From the sequence record HM035025: a stretch of DNA of 64,000 nt; one strand, written 5' to 3'. Both the position numbers and the translations under genes were made by a program. Each line of letters opens with the position of its first letter. Position 1 is the stretch's first letter. Below are positions 18,892-36,608 of this stretch, piece after piece. Below the pieces are notes generated by a model that was not told where the DNA came from, ran no database searches, and saw nothing but the letters and a program-made list of their open reading frames with translations. The stretch comes from Shigella phage Shfl2.

Positions 18892-19758
18892 ATGTTCATT
18901 CAAGAACCAAAGAAATTGATTGATACCGGCGAAATTGGTAACGCTTCTACTGGTGATATCTTATTCGACGGTGGTAATAAAATTAATAGTGATTTTAACG
19001 CAATTTATAATGCGTTTGGCGATCAACGTAAAATGGCAGTAGCAAATGGCACTGGAGCAGATGGCCAAATTATCCATGCTACTGGATATTATCAAAAACA
19101 CTCTATTGCAGAGTACGCAACTCCAGTAAAAGTTGGCACTAGGCATGATATTGATACCTCTACTGTAGGTGTTAAAGTTATCATTGAAAGAGGCGAACTT
19201 GGCGACTGCGTTGAATTTATTAACTCAAATGGATCTATATCAGTTACTAATCCTTTAACAATTCAAGCCATTGATTCAATTAAAGGTGTTTCGGGTAATT
19301 TAGTAGTAACTAGCCCATATAGTAAAGTAACATTACGTTGTATTTCATCTGATAATTCTACATCGGTTTGGAATTATTCTATTGAAAGTATGTTTGGCCA
19401 AAAGGAATCACCAGCTGAAGGTACATGGAATATTTCTACATCCGGATCAGTTGATATTCCACTATTTCATCGCACTGAATACAATATGGCTAAATTGCTA
19501 GTTACATGCCAATCAGTAGATGGAAGAAAAATTAAAACAGCAGAAATAAATATTCTTGTGGATACTGTTAATTCAGAGGTCATTTCTTCTGAATATGCTG
19601 TCATGCGGGTTGGGAATGAAACCGAAGAAGACGAAATCGCTAACATTGCATTTAGTATTAAAGAAAATTATGTAACGGCGACTATAAGTTCTCCAACTGT
19701 CGGTATGAGAGCAGCAGTTAAAGTTATCGCTACGCAGAAAATCGGGGTGGCTCAATAA
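18892..19758 (+). CDS. 9: Gp9 baseplate wedge, long tail fibre socket, 288 aa
   Basis: Length and synteny match T4 gp9. Confidence 0.9.
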   Translation: MFIQEPKKLIDTGEIGNASTGDILFDGGNKINSDFNAIYNAFGDQRKMAVANGTGADGQIIHATGYYQKHSIAEYATPVKVGTRHDIDTSTVGVKVIIERGELGDCVEFINSNGSISVTNPLTIQAIDSIKGVSGNLVVTSPYSKVTLRCISSDNSTSVWNYSIESMFGQKESPAEGTWNISTSGSVDIPLFHRTEYNMAKLLVTCQSVDGRKIKTAEINILVDTVNSEVISSEYAVMRVGNETEEDEIANIAFSIKENYVTATISSPTVGMRAAVKVIATQKIGVAQ

Positions 19759-21566
19759 TGAAACAAAATATTAATATCGGTAATGTTGTTGATGATGGTA
19801 CCGGTGACTACCTGCGTAAAGGTGGTATAAAAATAAATGAAAACTTTGATGAGCTTTATTACGAGCTTGGTGATGGAGATGTTCCATATTCAGCCGGTGC
19901 CTGGAAAACTTATGATGCTTCATCTGGTCAAACACTAAAAGCCGAATGGGGAAAATCATACGCTATTAATACCTCTTCTGGAAGAGTGACTATAAATCTT
20001 CCAAAAGGAACTGTCAATGATTACAACAAGGTAATTAGAGCTAGAGACGTATTTGCTACATGGAACGTCAACCCAGTTACATTAGTAGCTGCTTCCGGCG
20101 ATACAATTAAAGGGTCTGCGGTACCAGTTGAAATTAATGTTCAATTCAGCGATTTGGAATTAGTGTATTGCGCCCCAGGACGTTGGGAATATGTCAAAAA
20201 TAAGCAAATTGACAAAATTACCAGTTCAGACATTAGTAATGTAGCTCGTAAAGAATTTTTAGTCGAAGTCCAAGGACAAACAGACTTTTTAGATGTTTTC
20301 CGTGGAACTAGTTATAATGTAAATAACATCAGAGTAAAACATCGTGGTAACGAATTGTATTACGGCGATGTATTTAGTGAAAACAGCGATTTTGGCTCTC
20401 CGGGCGAAAGCGAAGGTGAATTAGTTCCTCTTGATGGATTTAATATTCGATTAAGACAGCCTTGTAATATTGGTGATACTGTTCAAATTGAAACATTTAT
20501 GGATGGCGTATCACAGTGGAGAAGTTCATATACAAGACGTCAAATTAGAGTGTTAGATTCAAAATTAACGTCAAAGACTTCTTTAGAAGGAAGCATTTAC
20601 GTTACTGATTTATCAACAATGAAATCAATTCCATTTTCAGCTTTTGGATTAATTCCAGGTGAACCTATTAATCCTAATTCTCTTGAGGTTCGTTTTAATG
20701 GAATTTTACAAGAATTGGCTGGAACAGTTGGAATGCCATTATTTCATTGTGTTGGTGCTGATTCAGACGACGAAGTAGAATGCTCTGTTTTAGGTGGAAC
20801 TTGGGAACAGTCTCACACAGACTATTCAGTTGAAACTGATGAAAACGGCATACCAGAAATTTTACATTTCGATAGAGTATTTGAGCATGGCGACATTATC
20901 AATATCACCTGGTTTAATAATGATTTAGGCACATTATTAACAAAAGATGAGATTATTGATGAAACTGATAATCTCTATGTATCGCAAGGACCAGGAGTAG
21001 ATATTTCCGGTGATGTAAATTTAACAGACTTCGATAAAATTGGTTGGCCAAATGTAGAAGCAGTTCAATCTTATCAACGCGAATTTAACGCTGTTTCAAA
21101 TATCTTTGATACGATTTATCCTATTGGAACTATATATGAAAACGCTGTTAATCCAAATAACCCTGTTACATATATGGGATTCGGCTCATGGAAATTATTT
21201 GGGCAAGGAAAAGTTTTAGTTGGATGGAACGAAGATATTTCGGACCCTAACTTTGCTCTAAATAACAACGATTTAGATTCGGGTGGAAATCCTTCACATA
21301 CTGCGGGTGGAACAGGCGGTTCTACTTCTGTTACATTGGAAAATGCTAATCTTCCTGCAACTGAGACAGATGAAGAAGTTCTAATAGTTGATGAAAATGG
21401 ATCAGTCATTGTTGGTGGATGTCAATACGATCCAGATGAATCCGGTCCAGTTTACACGAAATACCGTGAAGCTAAAGCATCTACTAACTCTACTCACACT
21501 CCGCCAACATCAATAACTAACATTCAACCATATATTACAGTTTATCGTTGGATAAGGATTGCATAA
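19758..21566 (+). CDS. 10: Gp10 baseplate wedge subunit and tail pin, 602 aa
   Basis: Length and synteny match T4 gp10. Confidence 0.9.
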   Translation: MKQNINIGNVVDDGTGDYLRKGGIKINENFDELYYELGDGDVPYSAGAWKTYDASSGQTLKAEWGKSYAINTSSGRVTINLPKGTVNDYNKVIRARDVFATWNVNPVTLVAASGDTIKGSAVPVEINVQFSDLELVYCAPGRWEYVKNKQIDKITSSDISNVARKEFLVEVQGQTDFLDVFRGTSYNVNNIRVKHRGNELYYGDVFSENSDFGSPGESEGELVPLDGFNIRLRQPCNIGDTVQIETFMDGVSQWRSSYTRRQIRVLDSKLTSKTSLEGSIYVTDLSTMKSIPFSAFGLIPGEPINPNSLEVRFNGILQELAGTVGMPLFHCVGADSDDEVECSVLGGTWEQSHTDYSVETDENGIPEILHFDRVFEHGDIINITWFNNDLGTLLTKDEIIDETDNLYVSQGPGVDISGDVNLTDFDKIGWPNVEAVQSYQREFNAVSNIFDTIYPIGTIYENAVNPNNPVTYMGFGSWKLFGQGKVLVGWNEDISDPNFALNNNDLDSGGNPSHTAGGTGGSTSVTLENANLPATETDEEVLIVDENGSVIVGGCQYDPDESGPVYTKYREAKASTNSTHTPPTSITNIQPYITVYRWIRIA

Positions 21567-22225
21567 TGAGTTTACTTAATAATAAAGCGGGAGTCATTTC
21601 CCGCTTAGCCGATTTTCTTGGTTTTAGACCTAAAGCTGGTAATATAGATGTAATGAATCGTCAATCAGTTGGGTCAGTGACAATTTCTCAATTAGCGAAA
21701 GGATTTTATGAACCAAACGTAGAATCAGCTATTAATGACGTTCATAATTTTTCTATAAAAGACGTTGGTACAATTATTACTAATAAAACTGGTGTTTCTC
21801 CTGAGGGTGTTTCTCAAACTGATTATTGGGCATTTTCTGGAACTGTAACAGACGATTCTCTTCCTCCGGGTTCTCCTGTTACGGTATTAGTATTCGGTCT
21901 TCCAGTTTCAGCAACAACCGGAATGACAGCTATTGAGTTTGTCGCCAAAGTTCGTGTTGCTCTACAAGAAGCTATTGCGTCATTTACTGCTATCAATTCA
22001 TATAAAGACCATCCAACCGATGGTAGTAAATTAGAAGTTACTTATTTAGATAATCAGAAACATGTATTAAGCACATATTCCACATATGGAATAACTATTT
22101 CCCAAGAAATTATTTCAGAATCTAAGCCTGGATATGGCACATGGAATTTGCTTGGTGCACAAACTGTAACTTTAGATAATCAGCAAACTCCAATAGTACT
22201 TTATCATTTTGAGAGAACAGCATGA
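21566..22225 (+). CDS. 11: Gp11 baseplate wedge subunit and tail pin, 219 aa
   Basis: Track ORF starts with TTG at 21548; ATG at 21566 after AAGGA gives [20 protein letters not shown] and 219 aa as in T4. Confidence 0.9.
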   Translation: MSLLNNKAGVISRLADFLGFRPKAGNIDVMNRQSVGSVTISQLAKGFYEPNVESAINDVHNFSIKDVGTIITNKTGVSPEGVSQTDYWAFSGTVTDDSLPPGSPVTVLVFGLPVSATTGMTAIEFVAKVRVALQEAIASFTAINSYKDHPTDGSKLEVTYLDNQKHVLSTYSTYGITISQEIISESKPGYGTWNLLGAQTVTLDNQQTPIVLYHFERTA

Positions 22226-23805
22226 GTAATAATACATATCAACACGTTTCTAATGAATCTCGCTATGTAAAATTTGATCCAACTGGTACAAATTTTCCGG
22301 CAGAGATTACTGATGTTCAGGCTGCTATAGCAGCCATTTCTCCTGCTGGTGTAAATGGAGTTCCTGATGCATCATCAACAACAAAAGGAATTTTATTTCT
22401 TGCCACTGAACAGGAAGTTATCGACGGAACTGATAATACCAAAGCAGTTACACCCGCAACGTTGGCAACAAGATTATCTTATCCAAACGCAACTGAAACT
22501 GTTTACGGATTAACAAGATATTCAACAGATGATGAAGCGATTGCTGGAGTTAATAATGAATCTTCTATAACTCCTGCTAAATTTACTGTTGCCCTTAATA
22601 ATGCATTTGAAACACGAGTTTCAACTGAATCATCAAATGGAGTTATTAAAATTTCATCTCTACCGCAAGCATTAGCTGGCGCAGATGATACTACTGCGAT
22701 GACTCCGTTAAAAACGCAGCAGTTAGCTATTAAACTAATTGCGCAAATCGCTCCTTCTGAAACCACAGCTACCGAATCGGACCAAGGTGTTGTTCAATTA
22801 GCGACAGTAGCTCAAGTTCGTCAAGGAACCTTAAGAGAAGGCTATGCAATTTCTCCTTATACGCTAATGAATTCTACTGCTACTGAAGAATATAAAGGCG
22901 TAATTAAATTAGGAACACAATCAGAAGTTAACTCGAATAATGCTTCTGTTGCGGTTACTGGCGCAACTCTTAATGGTCGTGGTTCTACAACGTCAATGAG
23001 AGGCGTAGTTAAATTAACTACAACCGCCGGCTCACAGAGTGGAGGTGATGCTTCATCAGCACTAGCTTGGAATGCTGACGTTATCCATCAAAGAGGTGGT
23101 CAAACGATTAATGGAACACTTCGCATTAATAATACGCTCACAATAGCTTCAGGCGGAGCAAATATTACCGGAACAGTTAACATGACCGGTGGTTATATTC
23201 AGGGTAAGCGTGTTGTAACGCAGAATGAAATAGATAGAACTATTCCTGTCGGAGCTATTATGATGTGGGCGGCTGATAGCCTTCCTAGTGATGCTTGGCG
23301 CTTCTGTCATGGCGGAACTGTTTCAGCATCAGATTGTCCATTATATGCTTCTAGAATTGGAACAAGATACGGCGGAAGCTCATCAAATCCTGGATTACCT
23401 GATATGCGTGGTCTTTTTGTTCGTGGCTCTGGTCGTGGCTCTCACTTAACAAATCCAAATGTTAATGGTAATGACCAATTTGGTAAGCCTAGATTAGGTG
23501 TAGGTTGTACTGGTGGATATGTTGGCGAAGTGCAAAAACAGCAGATGTCTTATCATAAACATGCTGGCGGATTTGGTGAGCATGATGATTCTGGAGCATT
23601 CGGTAATACCCGTAGATCAAATTTTGTTGGTACACGTAAAGGACTTGACTGGGATAACCGTTCATACTTCACCAATGACGGATATGAAATTGACCCAGCA
23701 TCACAACGAAATTCCAAATATACATTAAATCGTCCCGAATTAATTGGAAATGAAACACGTCCATGGAACATTTCTTTAAACTACATTATTAAGGTAAAAG
23801 AATGA
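22222..23805 (+). CDS. 12: Gp12 short tail fibre, 527 aa
   Basis: Length and synteny match T4 gp12. Confidence 0.9.
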   Translation: MSNNTYQHVSNESRYVKFDPTGTNFPAEITDVQAAIAAISPAGVNGVPDASSTTKGILFLATEQEVIDGTDNTKAVTPATLATRLSYPNATETVYGLTRYSTDDEAIAGVNNESSITPAKFTVALNNAFETRVSTESSNGVIKISSLPQALAGADDTTAMTPLKTQQLAIKLIAQIAPSETTATESDQGVVQLATVAQVRQGTLREGYAISPYTLMNSTATEEYKGVIKLGTQSEVNSNNASVAVTGATLNGRGSTTSMRGVVKLTTTAGSQSGGDASSALAWNADVIHQRGGQTINGTLRINNTLTIASGGANITGTVNMTGGYIQGKRVVTQNEIDRTIPVGAIMMWAADSLPSDAWRFCHGGTVSASDCPLYASRIGTRYGGSSSNPGLPDMRGLFVRGSGRGSHLTNPNVNGNDQFGKPRLGVGCTGGYVGEVQKQQMSYHKHAGGFGEHDDSGAFGNTRRSNFVGTRKGLDWDNRSYFTNDGYEIDPASQRNSKYTLNRPELIGNETRPWNISLNYIIKVKE

Positions 23806-25265
23806 CAGATATTGTACTGAATGACTTACCATTCGTTGACGGCCCTCCTGCAGAGGGCCAGAGCCGCATTTCCTGGATTAAAAACGGCGAAGAAATTTTA
23901 GGAGCTGATACACAGTATGGAAGTGAAGGTTCAATGAATAGACCTACAGTTTCCGTACTAAGAAATGTTGAAGTTCTCGATAAAAACATTGGAATACTTA
24001 AAACATCTTTAGAAACCGCAAATAGTGATATTAAAACAATTCAGGGCATCTTAGATGTATCTGGTGATATTGAAGCTTTGGCCCAAATAGGTATCAATAA
24101 AAAGGATATTTCTGATCTCAAAACGCTAACCAGTGAACACACAGAAATATTAAATGGAACTAATAGTACGGTTGACAGCATTCTTGCTGATATTGGTCCA
24201 TTTAACTCTGAGGCCAACTCTGTATATAGAACGATCAGAAATGATTTACTGTGGATTAAACGTGAATTAGGTCAATATACAGGTCAAGATATTAATGGTC
24301 TTCCTGTTGTAGGAAATCCTAGTACTGGAATGAAGCATCGTATTATTAATAATACTGATGCCATTACTTCACAGGGAATACGTTTAAGCGAATTAGAAAC
24401 AAAATTTATTGAATCTGATGTAGGTTCTTTGACTATTGAAGTTGGCAATCTTCGTGAAGAGCTTGGACCGAAACCGCCGTCATTTTCCCAAACTGTTTAT
24501 AGTCGTTTAAATGAAATTGACACTAAACAGACAACAGTTGAGTCTGACATTAGTGCTATTAAGACCTCAATAGGATATCCTGGAAATAATTCGATTATTA
24601 CGAGTGTTAATACAAACACTGATAATATTGCATCTATTAATTTAGAGCTAAATCAAAGTGGAGGTATTAAACAGCGTTTAACCGCTATAGAAACTTCTAT
24701 CGGTTCAGATGATATTCCTTCGAGTATTAAAGGACAAATTAAAGATAATACAACTTCAATCGAAGCTCTAAACGGAATTGTAGGCGAAAACACTTCATCT
24801 GGTTTAAGAGCGAATGTTTCATGGTTAAACCAAATTGTTGGAACTGATTCTAGTGGTGGACAACCGTCTCCTCCTGGGTCTCTTTTAAACCGAGTTTCTA
24901 CAATTGAAACTTCTGTTTCAGGCTTGAATAACGATGTTCAAAACCTACAAGTAGAGATTGGTAATAACAGCACAGGAATTAAAGGGCAAGTTGTAGCGTT
25001 AAATACTTTAGTAAATGGAACTAACCCAAATGGTTCAACTGTTGAAGAACGCGGATTAACCAATTCAATAAAAGCTAACGAAACCAACATTGCATCAGTT
25101 ACACAAGAAGTGAATACAGCTAAAGGCAATATATCTTCTTTACAAGGCGATGTTCAAGCTCTCCAAGAAGCAGGTTATATTCCTGAAGCTCCAAAAGATG
25201 GCCAAGCTTACGTTCGTAAAGACGGCGAATGGGTATTGCTTTCTACCTTTTTATCACCAGCATAA
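23802..25265 (+). CDS. wac: Fibritin (whisker antigen control), 487 aa
   Basis: C-terminal foldon [27 protein letters not shown]; coiled-coil body; length matches T4. Confidence 0.95.
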   Translation: MTDIVLNDLPFVDGPPAEGQSRISWIKNGEEILGADTQYGSEGSMNRPTVSVLRNVEVLDKNIGILKTSLETANSDIKTIQGILDVSGDIEALAQIGINKKDISDLKTLTSEHTEILNGTNSTVDSILADIGPFNSEANSVYRTIRNDLLWIKRELGQYTGQDINGLPVVGNPSTGMKHRIINNTDAITSQGIRLSELETKFIESDVGSLTIEVGNLREELGPKPPSFSQTVYSRLNEIDTKQTTVESDISAIKTSIGYPGNNSIITSVNTNTDNIASINLELNQSGGIKQRLTAIETSIGSDDIPSSIKGQIKDNTTSIEALNGIVGENTSSGLRANVSWLNQIVGTDSSGGQPSPPGSLLNRVSTIETSVSGLNNDVQNLQVEIGNNSTGIKGQVVALNTLVNGTNPNGSTVEERGLTNSIKANETNIASVTQEVNTAKGNISSLQGDVQALQEAGYIPEAPKDGQAYVRKDGEWVLLSTFLSPA

Positions 25266-25296
25266 CATGGGGCCGCAAGGCCCCAAAGGATTTTAA

Positions 25297-26998
<1,702 letters not shown>

Positions 26999-27039
26999 TA
27001 AATATTATAAACTAATTAAAGCCCAGATTAGGAGAAATC

Positions 27040-30180
<3,141 letters not shown>

Positions 30181-30208
30181 TATTAAAGCATATTAAAGAG
30201 GATTAAAA

Positions 30209-32188
30209 ATGACTTTATTATCTCCGGGCATTGAGCTCAAAGAAACTACGGTTCAAAGCACCGTGGTTAATAACTCTACTGGTACAGCAGCTCTGGCCGG
30301 TAAATTCCAGTGGGGTCCTGCTTTTCAAATTAAACAGGTTACAAATGAAGTAGATTTAGTTAATACTTTTGGTCAACCTACAGCTGAAACTGCTGACTAT
30401 TTTATGTCTGCAATGAATTTCTTACAATACGGAAATGATTTGCGAGTTGTGCGTGCTGTCGATAGAGATACCGCTAAAAACTCATCTCCGATTGCCGGTA
30501 ATATTGAATACACTATTTCTACCCCAGGTAGTAACTACGCGGTTGGAGATAAAATCACGGTTAAGTATGTTTCAGAAGACATTGAAACAGAATGTAAAGT
30601 TACCGAAGTAGATGCTGATGGAAAAATTAAGAAAATTAATATTCCTACCGCAAAAATTATCGCTAAAGCGAAAGAAGTAGGCGAATATCCAGCATTAGGT
30701 TCTAACTGGACCGCGGAAATTTCTTCGTCTTCCTCTGGTTTAGCTGCAGTAATAACTCTTGGAAAAATTATTACTGATTCTGGTATTTTATTAGCTGAAA
30801 TTGAAAATGCTGAAGCTGCCATGACAGCTGTTGACTTTCAAGCAAATCTCGAAAAATATGGAATTCCAGGAGTAGTAGCTCTTTATCCAGGCGAGTTGGG
30901 CGATAAAATCGAAATTGAAATCGTATCTAAAGCTGACTACGCAAAAGGTGCTTCTGCATTACTTCCAATTTATCCAGGCGGCGGCACACGCGCATCTACT
31001 GCCAAAGCAGTGTTTGGATACGGACCACAAACTGATTCACAATACGCTATTATAGTTCGTCGCAATGATGCTATTGTTCAAAGCGTTGTTCTTTCAACGA
31101 AGCGTGGCGAAAAAGATATTTACGATAGTAACATCTATATTGATGACTTTTTCGCAAAAGGTGGTTCAGAATATATTTTCGCAACTGCCCAAAACTGGCC
31201 AGAAGGCTTCTCTGGAATTTTAACTCTGTCTGGTGGATTATCGTCAAATGCTGAAGTAACAGCAGGAGATTTGATGGAAGCTTGGGACTTCTTTGCTGAC
31301 CGCGAATCTGTTGATGTTCAGTTGTTTATTGCGGGTTCTTGCGCCGGCGAATCTTTAGAAACAGCATCTACTGTCCAAAAACACGTCGTTTCAATTGGTG
31401 ATGCTCGCCAAGATTGCTTAGTACTGTGCTCACCACCGCGTGAAACTGTAGTTGGAATTCCTGTAACTCGTGCTGTTGATAACTTAGTCAATTGGAGAAC
31501 TGCAGCAGGTTCATACACTGATAACAACTTTAATATCAGTTCAACCTATGCAGCAATCGATGGTAACTACAAGTATCAGTATGACAAATATAATGATGTG
31601 AATCGTTGGGTTCCATTAGCAGCTGATATTGCTGGTTTATGCGCAAGAACTGATAACGTTTCTCAGACTTGGATGTCTCCAGCTGGTTATAATCGTGGCC
31701 AGATTCTTAACGTTATTAAACTTGCTATTGAAACTCGCCAGGCGCAGCGCGACCGTTTATACCAAGAAGCTATCAACCCGGTAACCGGTACAGGTGGTGA
31801 TGGTTACGTATTGTATGGTGATAAAACAGCTACTTCTGTTCCTTCTCCATTTGATCGTATTAACGTTCGTCGTCTGTTTAATATGTTGAAAACGAATATC
31901 GGACGTAGTTCAAAATATCGTTTGTTCGAATTAAACAACGCGTTTACTCGTTCATCGTTCCGCACAGAAACTTCCCAGTACTTGCAGGGAATTAAAGCTC
32001 TCGGTGGAATTTATGAATATCGTGTAGTTTGCGATACAACAAATAACACTCCATCAGTAATTGATAGAAATGAGTTTGTTGCAACATTCTACATTCAACC
32101 GGCTAGAAGCATTAACTACATTACCTTAAACTTCGTAGCAACTGCTACTGGTGCAGATTTCGATGAGTTAACTGGTCTTGCAGGTTAA
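30209..32188 (+). CDS. 18: Gp18 tail sheath protein, 659 aa
   Basis: Length and synteny match T4 gp18. Confidence 0.95.
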   Translation: MTLLSPGIELKETTVQSTVVNNSTGTAALAGKFQWGPAFQIKQVTNEVDLVNTFGQPTAETADYFMSAMNFLQYGNDLRVVRAVDRDTAKNSSPIAGNIEYTISTPGSNYAVGDKITVKYVSEDIETECKVTEVDADGKIKKINIPTAKIIAKAKEVGEYPALGSNWTAEISSSSSGLAAVITLGKIITDSGILLAEIENAEAAMTAVDFQANLEKYGIPGVVALYPGELGDKIEIEIVSKADYAKGASALLPIYPGGGTRASTAKAVFGYGPQTDSQYAIIVRRNDAIVQSVVLSTKRGEKDIYDSNIYIDDFFAKGGSEYIFATAQNWPEGFSGILTLSGGLSSNAEVTAGDLMEAWDFFADRESVDVQLFIAGSCAGESLETASTVQKHVVSIGDARQDCLVLCSPPRETVVGIPVTRAVDNLVNWRTAAGSYTDNNFNISSTYAAIDGNYKYQYDKYNDVNRWVPLAADIAGLCARTDNVSQTWMSPAGYNRGQILNVIKLAIETRQAQRDRLYQEAINPVTGTGGDGYVLYGDKTATSVPSPFDRINVRRLFNMLKTNIGRSSKYRLFELNNAFTRSSFRTETSQYLQGIKALGGIYEYRVVCDTTNNTPSVIDRNEFVATFYIQPARSINYITLNFVATATGADFDELTGLAG

Positions 32189-32204
32189 TACGGTGCATTC
32201 TAAA

Positions 32205-32222
32205 GGCCTGTTTCGGCAGGCC
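32205..32222 (+). terminator. Hairpin GGCCTG-UUUCGG-CAGGCC after gene 18
   Basis: Sequence read at 32205-32222; no clear U-tract, may be an RNA-stabilising hairpin. Confidence 0.4.
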
Positions 32223-32223
32223 A

Positions 32224-32290
32224 TATAAATACACTATATCCTTAATTCTTTAATTCTATATGCCCTAGGTTAAACATAGGGATATAAATA
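32224..32290 (+). promoter_or_regulatory. Two late promoters TATAAATA (32224-32231 and 32283-32290) upstream of gene 19
   Basis: Two exact TATAAATA octamers on plus strand. Confidence 0.6.
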
Positions 32291-32304
32291 CTACAGAGGC
32301 TAAT

Positions 32305-32796
32305 ATGTTTGTAGATGATGTAACACGAGCGTTTGAATCTGGTGATTTTGCTCGACCTAACTTATTCCAAGTAGAAATTTCTTATCTTGGACAAAATTTT
32401 ACGTTTCAATGTAAAGCCACTGCTTTACCAGCTGGTATTGTAGAAAAAATTCCAGTCGGATTTATGAACCGTAAAATTAACGTAGCAGGCGATCGTACAT
32501 TCGATGACTGGACTGTTACAGTAATGAACGATGAGGCACATGATGCTCGCCAGAAGTTTGTTGATTGGCAAAGCATTGCTGCTGGGCAAGGGAACGAAAT
32601 TACTGGTGGAAAACCAGCAGAGTATAAAAAGAGCGCTGTTGTTCGCCAATATGCTCGTGACGCTAAAACTGTAACAAAAGAAGTCGAAATTAAAGGCCTG
32701 TGGCCTACCAACGTGGGTGAACTTCAATTAGATTGGGATTCAAACAATGAAATCCAAACCTTTGAAGTAACTCTTGCTCTCGATTATTGGGAATAA
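32305..32796 (+). CDS. 19: Gp19 tail tube protein, 163 aa
   Basis: Length and synteny match T4 gp19. Confidence 0.95.
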   Translation: MFVDDVTRAFESGDFARPNLFQVEISYLGQNFTFQCKATALPAGIVEKIPVGFMNRKINVAGDRTFDDWTVTVMNDEAHDARQKFVDWQSIAAGQGNEITGGKPAEYKKSAVVRQYARDAKTVTKEVEIKGLWPTNVGELQLDWDSNNEIQTFEVTLALDYWE

Positions 32797-32828
32797 AATG
32801 AATGGGGAGAAATCCCCATCCTGCTTAA

Positions 32829-34453
<1,625 letters not shown>

Positions 34454-34454
<1 letters not shown>

Positions 34455-34687
34455 TGGAAGGTTTAATTGAAGCTATTAAATCAAACGACCTCGTAGCCGC
34501 TCGTAAATTATTTGCTGAAGCCATGGCTGCAAGAACGATTGATTTAATTAAAGAAGAAAAAATCGCTATCGCTCGTAATTTCTTAATCGAAGGTGAAGAA
34601 CCTGAAGACGAGGATGATGACGAAGATAGTGATGATAAAGACGACAAAAAAGACAAAGACTCTGACGAAGACGAGGATGATGAATAA
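34454..34687 (+). CDS. 67: Gp67 prohead core protein with acidic C-terminal tail, 77 aa
   Basis: Position and poly-D/E tail as in T4 gp67. Confidence 0.85.
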
Positions 34688-35112
34688 TGCTTCTGATCCC
34701 TGAAACTCATGAATTAGTTCTCGAGAATGTCGAAGCACTTATTCCTGAAGCACAGGGTCGCTTTGACGAATTGTCTTCTGCTTTAAATAAAGACGATATA
34801 AATACAATTGTCGAGAATATGCTTGATGATGAAACTGATTTAGCAGTTGCATTAGCTTCTATTAATGAAAATATGCCGTTAAATGAATTCATTGTTAAGC
34901 ATGTTTCAGCTCGTGGTGAAATTACACGTACTAAAGACCGCAAAACGCGCGAACGTAATGCATTTCAAACCACTGGGCTGTCTAAAGCAAAACGTAGACA
35001 AATTGCTCGCAAAGCTACCAAAACGAAGATTGCCAATCCAGCAGGTCAATCTCGTGCTCAGCGTAAGCGTAAAAAAGCTCTTAAACGCCGTAAAGCATTA
35101 GGATTAAGCTAA
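34687..35112 (+). CDS. 68: Gp68 prohead core protein, 141 aa
   Basis: Length and synteny match T4 gp68. Confidence 0.85.
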
Positions 35113-35750
35113 TGAATGAACCCCAATTACTAATTGAAACTTGGGGTCAACCTGGCGAAATTATTGATGGCGTGCCAATGCTTGAATCTCATGATGGAAA
35201 AGACCTAGGTTTAAAACCTGGTTTATACATCGAAGGAATATTCATGCAAGCGGAAGTCGTCAATAGAAATAAACGTCTTTATCCAAAACGCATATTAGAA
35301 AAAGCGGTAAAAGACTATATCAATGAGCAAGTTTTAACTAAACAAGCTCTCGGAGAATTAAATCATCCTCCACGCGCTAATGTTGACCCGATGCAAGCCG
35401 CTATCATTATAGAAGATATGTGGTGGAAAGGAAATGACGTATACGGACGAGCTCGTGTTATTGAAGGTGACCATGGTCCTGGAGATAAATTAGCAGCTAA
35501 TATTCGTGCCGGATGGATTCCAGGAGTTTCTTCTCGTGGATTAGGTTCATTGACTGACACAAATAAAGGTTATCGTATCGTAAACGAAGGATTCAAATTA
35601 ACTGTAGGTGTTGATGCAGTATGGGGTCCAAGTGCTCCAGATGCATGGGTAACTCCTAAGGAAATTACCGAATCACAGACGGCGGAAGCCGATACAAGTG
35701 CCGATGACGCCTATATGGCTCTCGCAGAGGCCATGAAAAAAGCGTTATAA
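35112..35750 (+). CDS. 21: Gp21 prohead core scaffold protease, 212 aa
   Basis: Length and synteny match T4 gp21. Confidence 0.9.
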   Translation: MNEPQLLIETWGQPGEIIDGVPMLESHDGKDLGLKPGLYIEGIFMQAEVVNRNKRLYPKRILEKAVKDYINEQVLTKQALGELNHPPRANVDPMQAAIIIEDMWWKGNDVYGRARVIEGDHGPGDKLAANIRAGWIPGVSSRGLGSLTDTNKGYRIVNEGFKLTVGVDAVWGPSAPDAWVTPKEITESQTAEADTSADDAYMALAEAMKKAL

Positions 35751-35780
35751 ATATTATTATCTAAACAACAGGACTACAAA

Positions 35781-36590
35781 ATGCTTAAAGAACAACTGAT
35801 TGCTGAAGCGCAAAAAATTGATGCTTCCGTTGCTCTTGATAGTATTTTCGAATCAGTTAATATTTCTCCGGAAGCAAAAGAAACTTTCGGCACTGTATTC
35901 GAAGCTACCGTCAAGCAGCACGCCGTTAAATTAGCTGAATCTCATATCGCTAAAATTGCTGAAAAAGCAGAAGAAGAAGTAGAAAAAAATAAAGAAGAAG
36001 CCGAAGAAAAAGCTGAGAAGAAAATCGCTGAGCAAGCTTCTAAATTCATCGACCATCTTGCGAAAGAATGGCTCGCCGAAAATAAATTAGCAGTTGATAA
36101 AGGCATCAAAGCCGAACTGTTTGAATCCATGCTTGGTGGATTAAAAGAGCTCTTTGTTGAACACAACGTTGTTGTTCCAGAAGAATCAGTTGATGTTGTA
36201 GCTGAAATGGAAGAAGAGCTGCAAGAACATAAAGAAGAATCAGCTCGTCTGTTCGAAGAACTCAATAAGCGTGACGCATATATCAATTATGTGCAGCGTG
36301 AAGTGGCATTGAGCGAAAGTACTAAAGATCTGACTGAGTCTCAAAAAGAAAAAGTCTCTGCTCTGGTCGAAGGTATGGATTATTCAGATGAATTCTCAAG
36401 TAAATTGAGTGCCATCGTAGAAATGGTGAAGAAGTCTAATAAAGATGAAAGCACTATTACTGAGGGTATAAATACTCCTGATACTGAAGCAGCCGGACTG
36501 AATTTCGTCACTGAAGCTGTAGAAGATAAAGCTGCACCTGGTGCAGAAGATATTGTAAGTGTATATGCGAAAGTCGCATCTCGTTTCTAA
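35781..36590 (+). CDS. 22: Gp22 major prohead scaffold core protein, 269 aa
   Basis: Acidic coiled-coil-rich protein; length matches T4 gp22. Confidence 0.9.
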   Translation: MLKEQLIAEAQKIDASVALDSIFESVNISPEAKETFGTVFEATVKQHAVKLAESHIAKIAEKAEEEVEKNKEEAEEKAEKKIAEQASKFIDHLAKEWLAENKLAVDKGIKAELFESMLGGLKELFVEHNVVVPEESVDVVAEMEEELQEHKEESARLFEELNKRDAYINYVQREVALSESTKDLTESQKEKVSALVEGMDYSDEFSSKLSAIVEMVKKSNKDESTITEGINTPDTEAAGLNFVTEAVEDKAAPGAEDIVSVYAKVASRF

Positions 36591-36608
36591 TTTTAAAGGT
36601 TAACACAA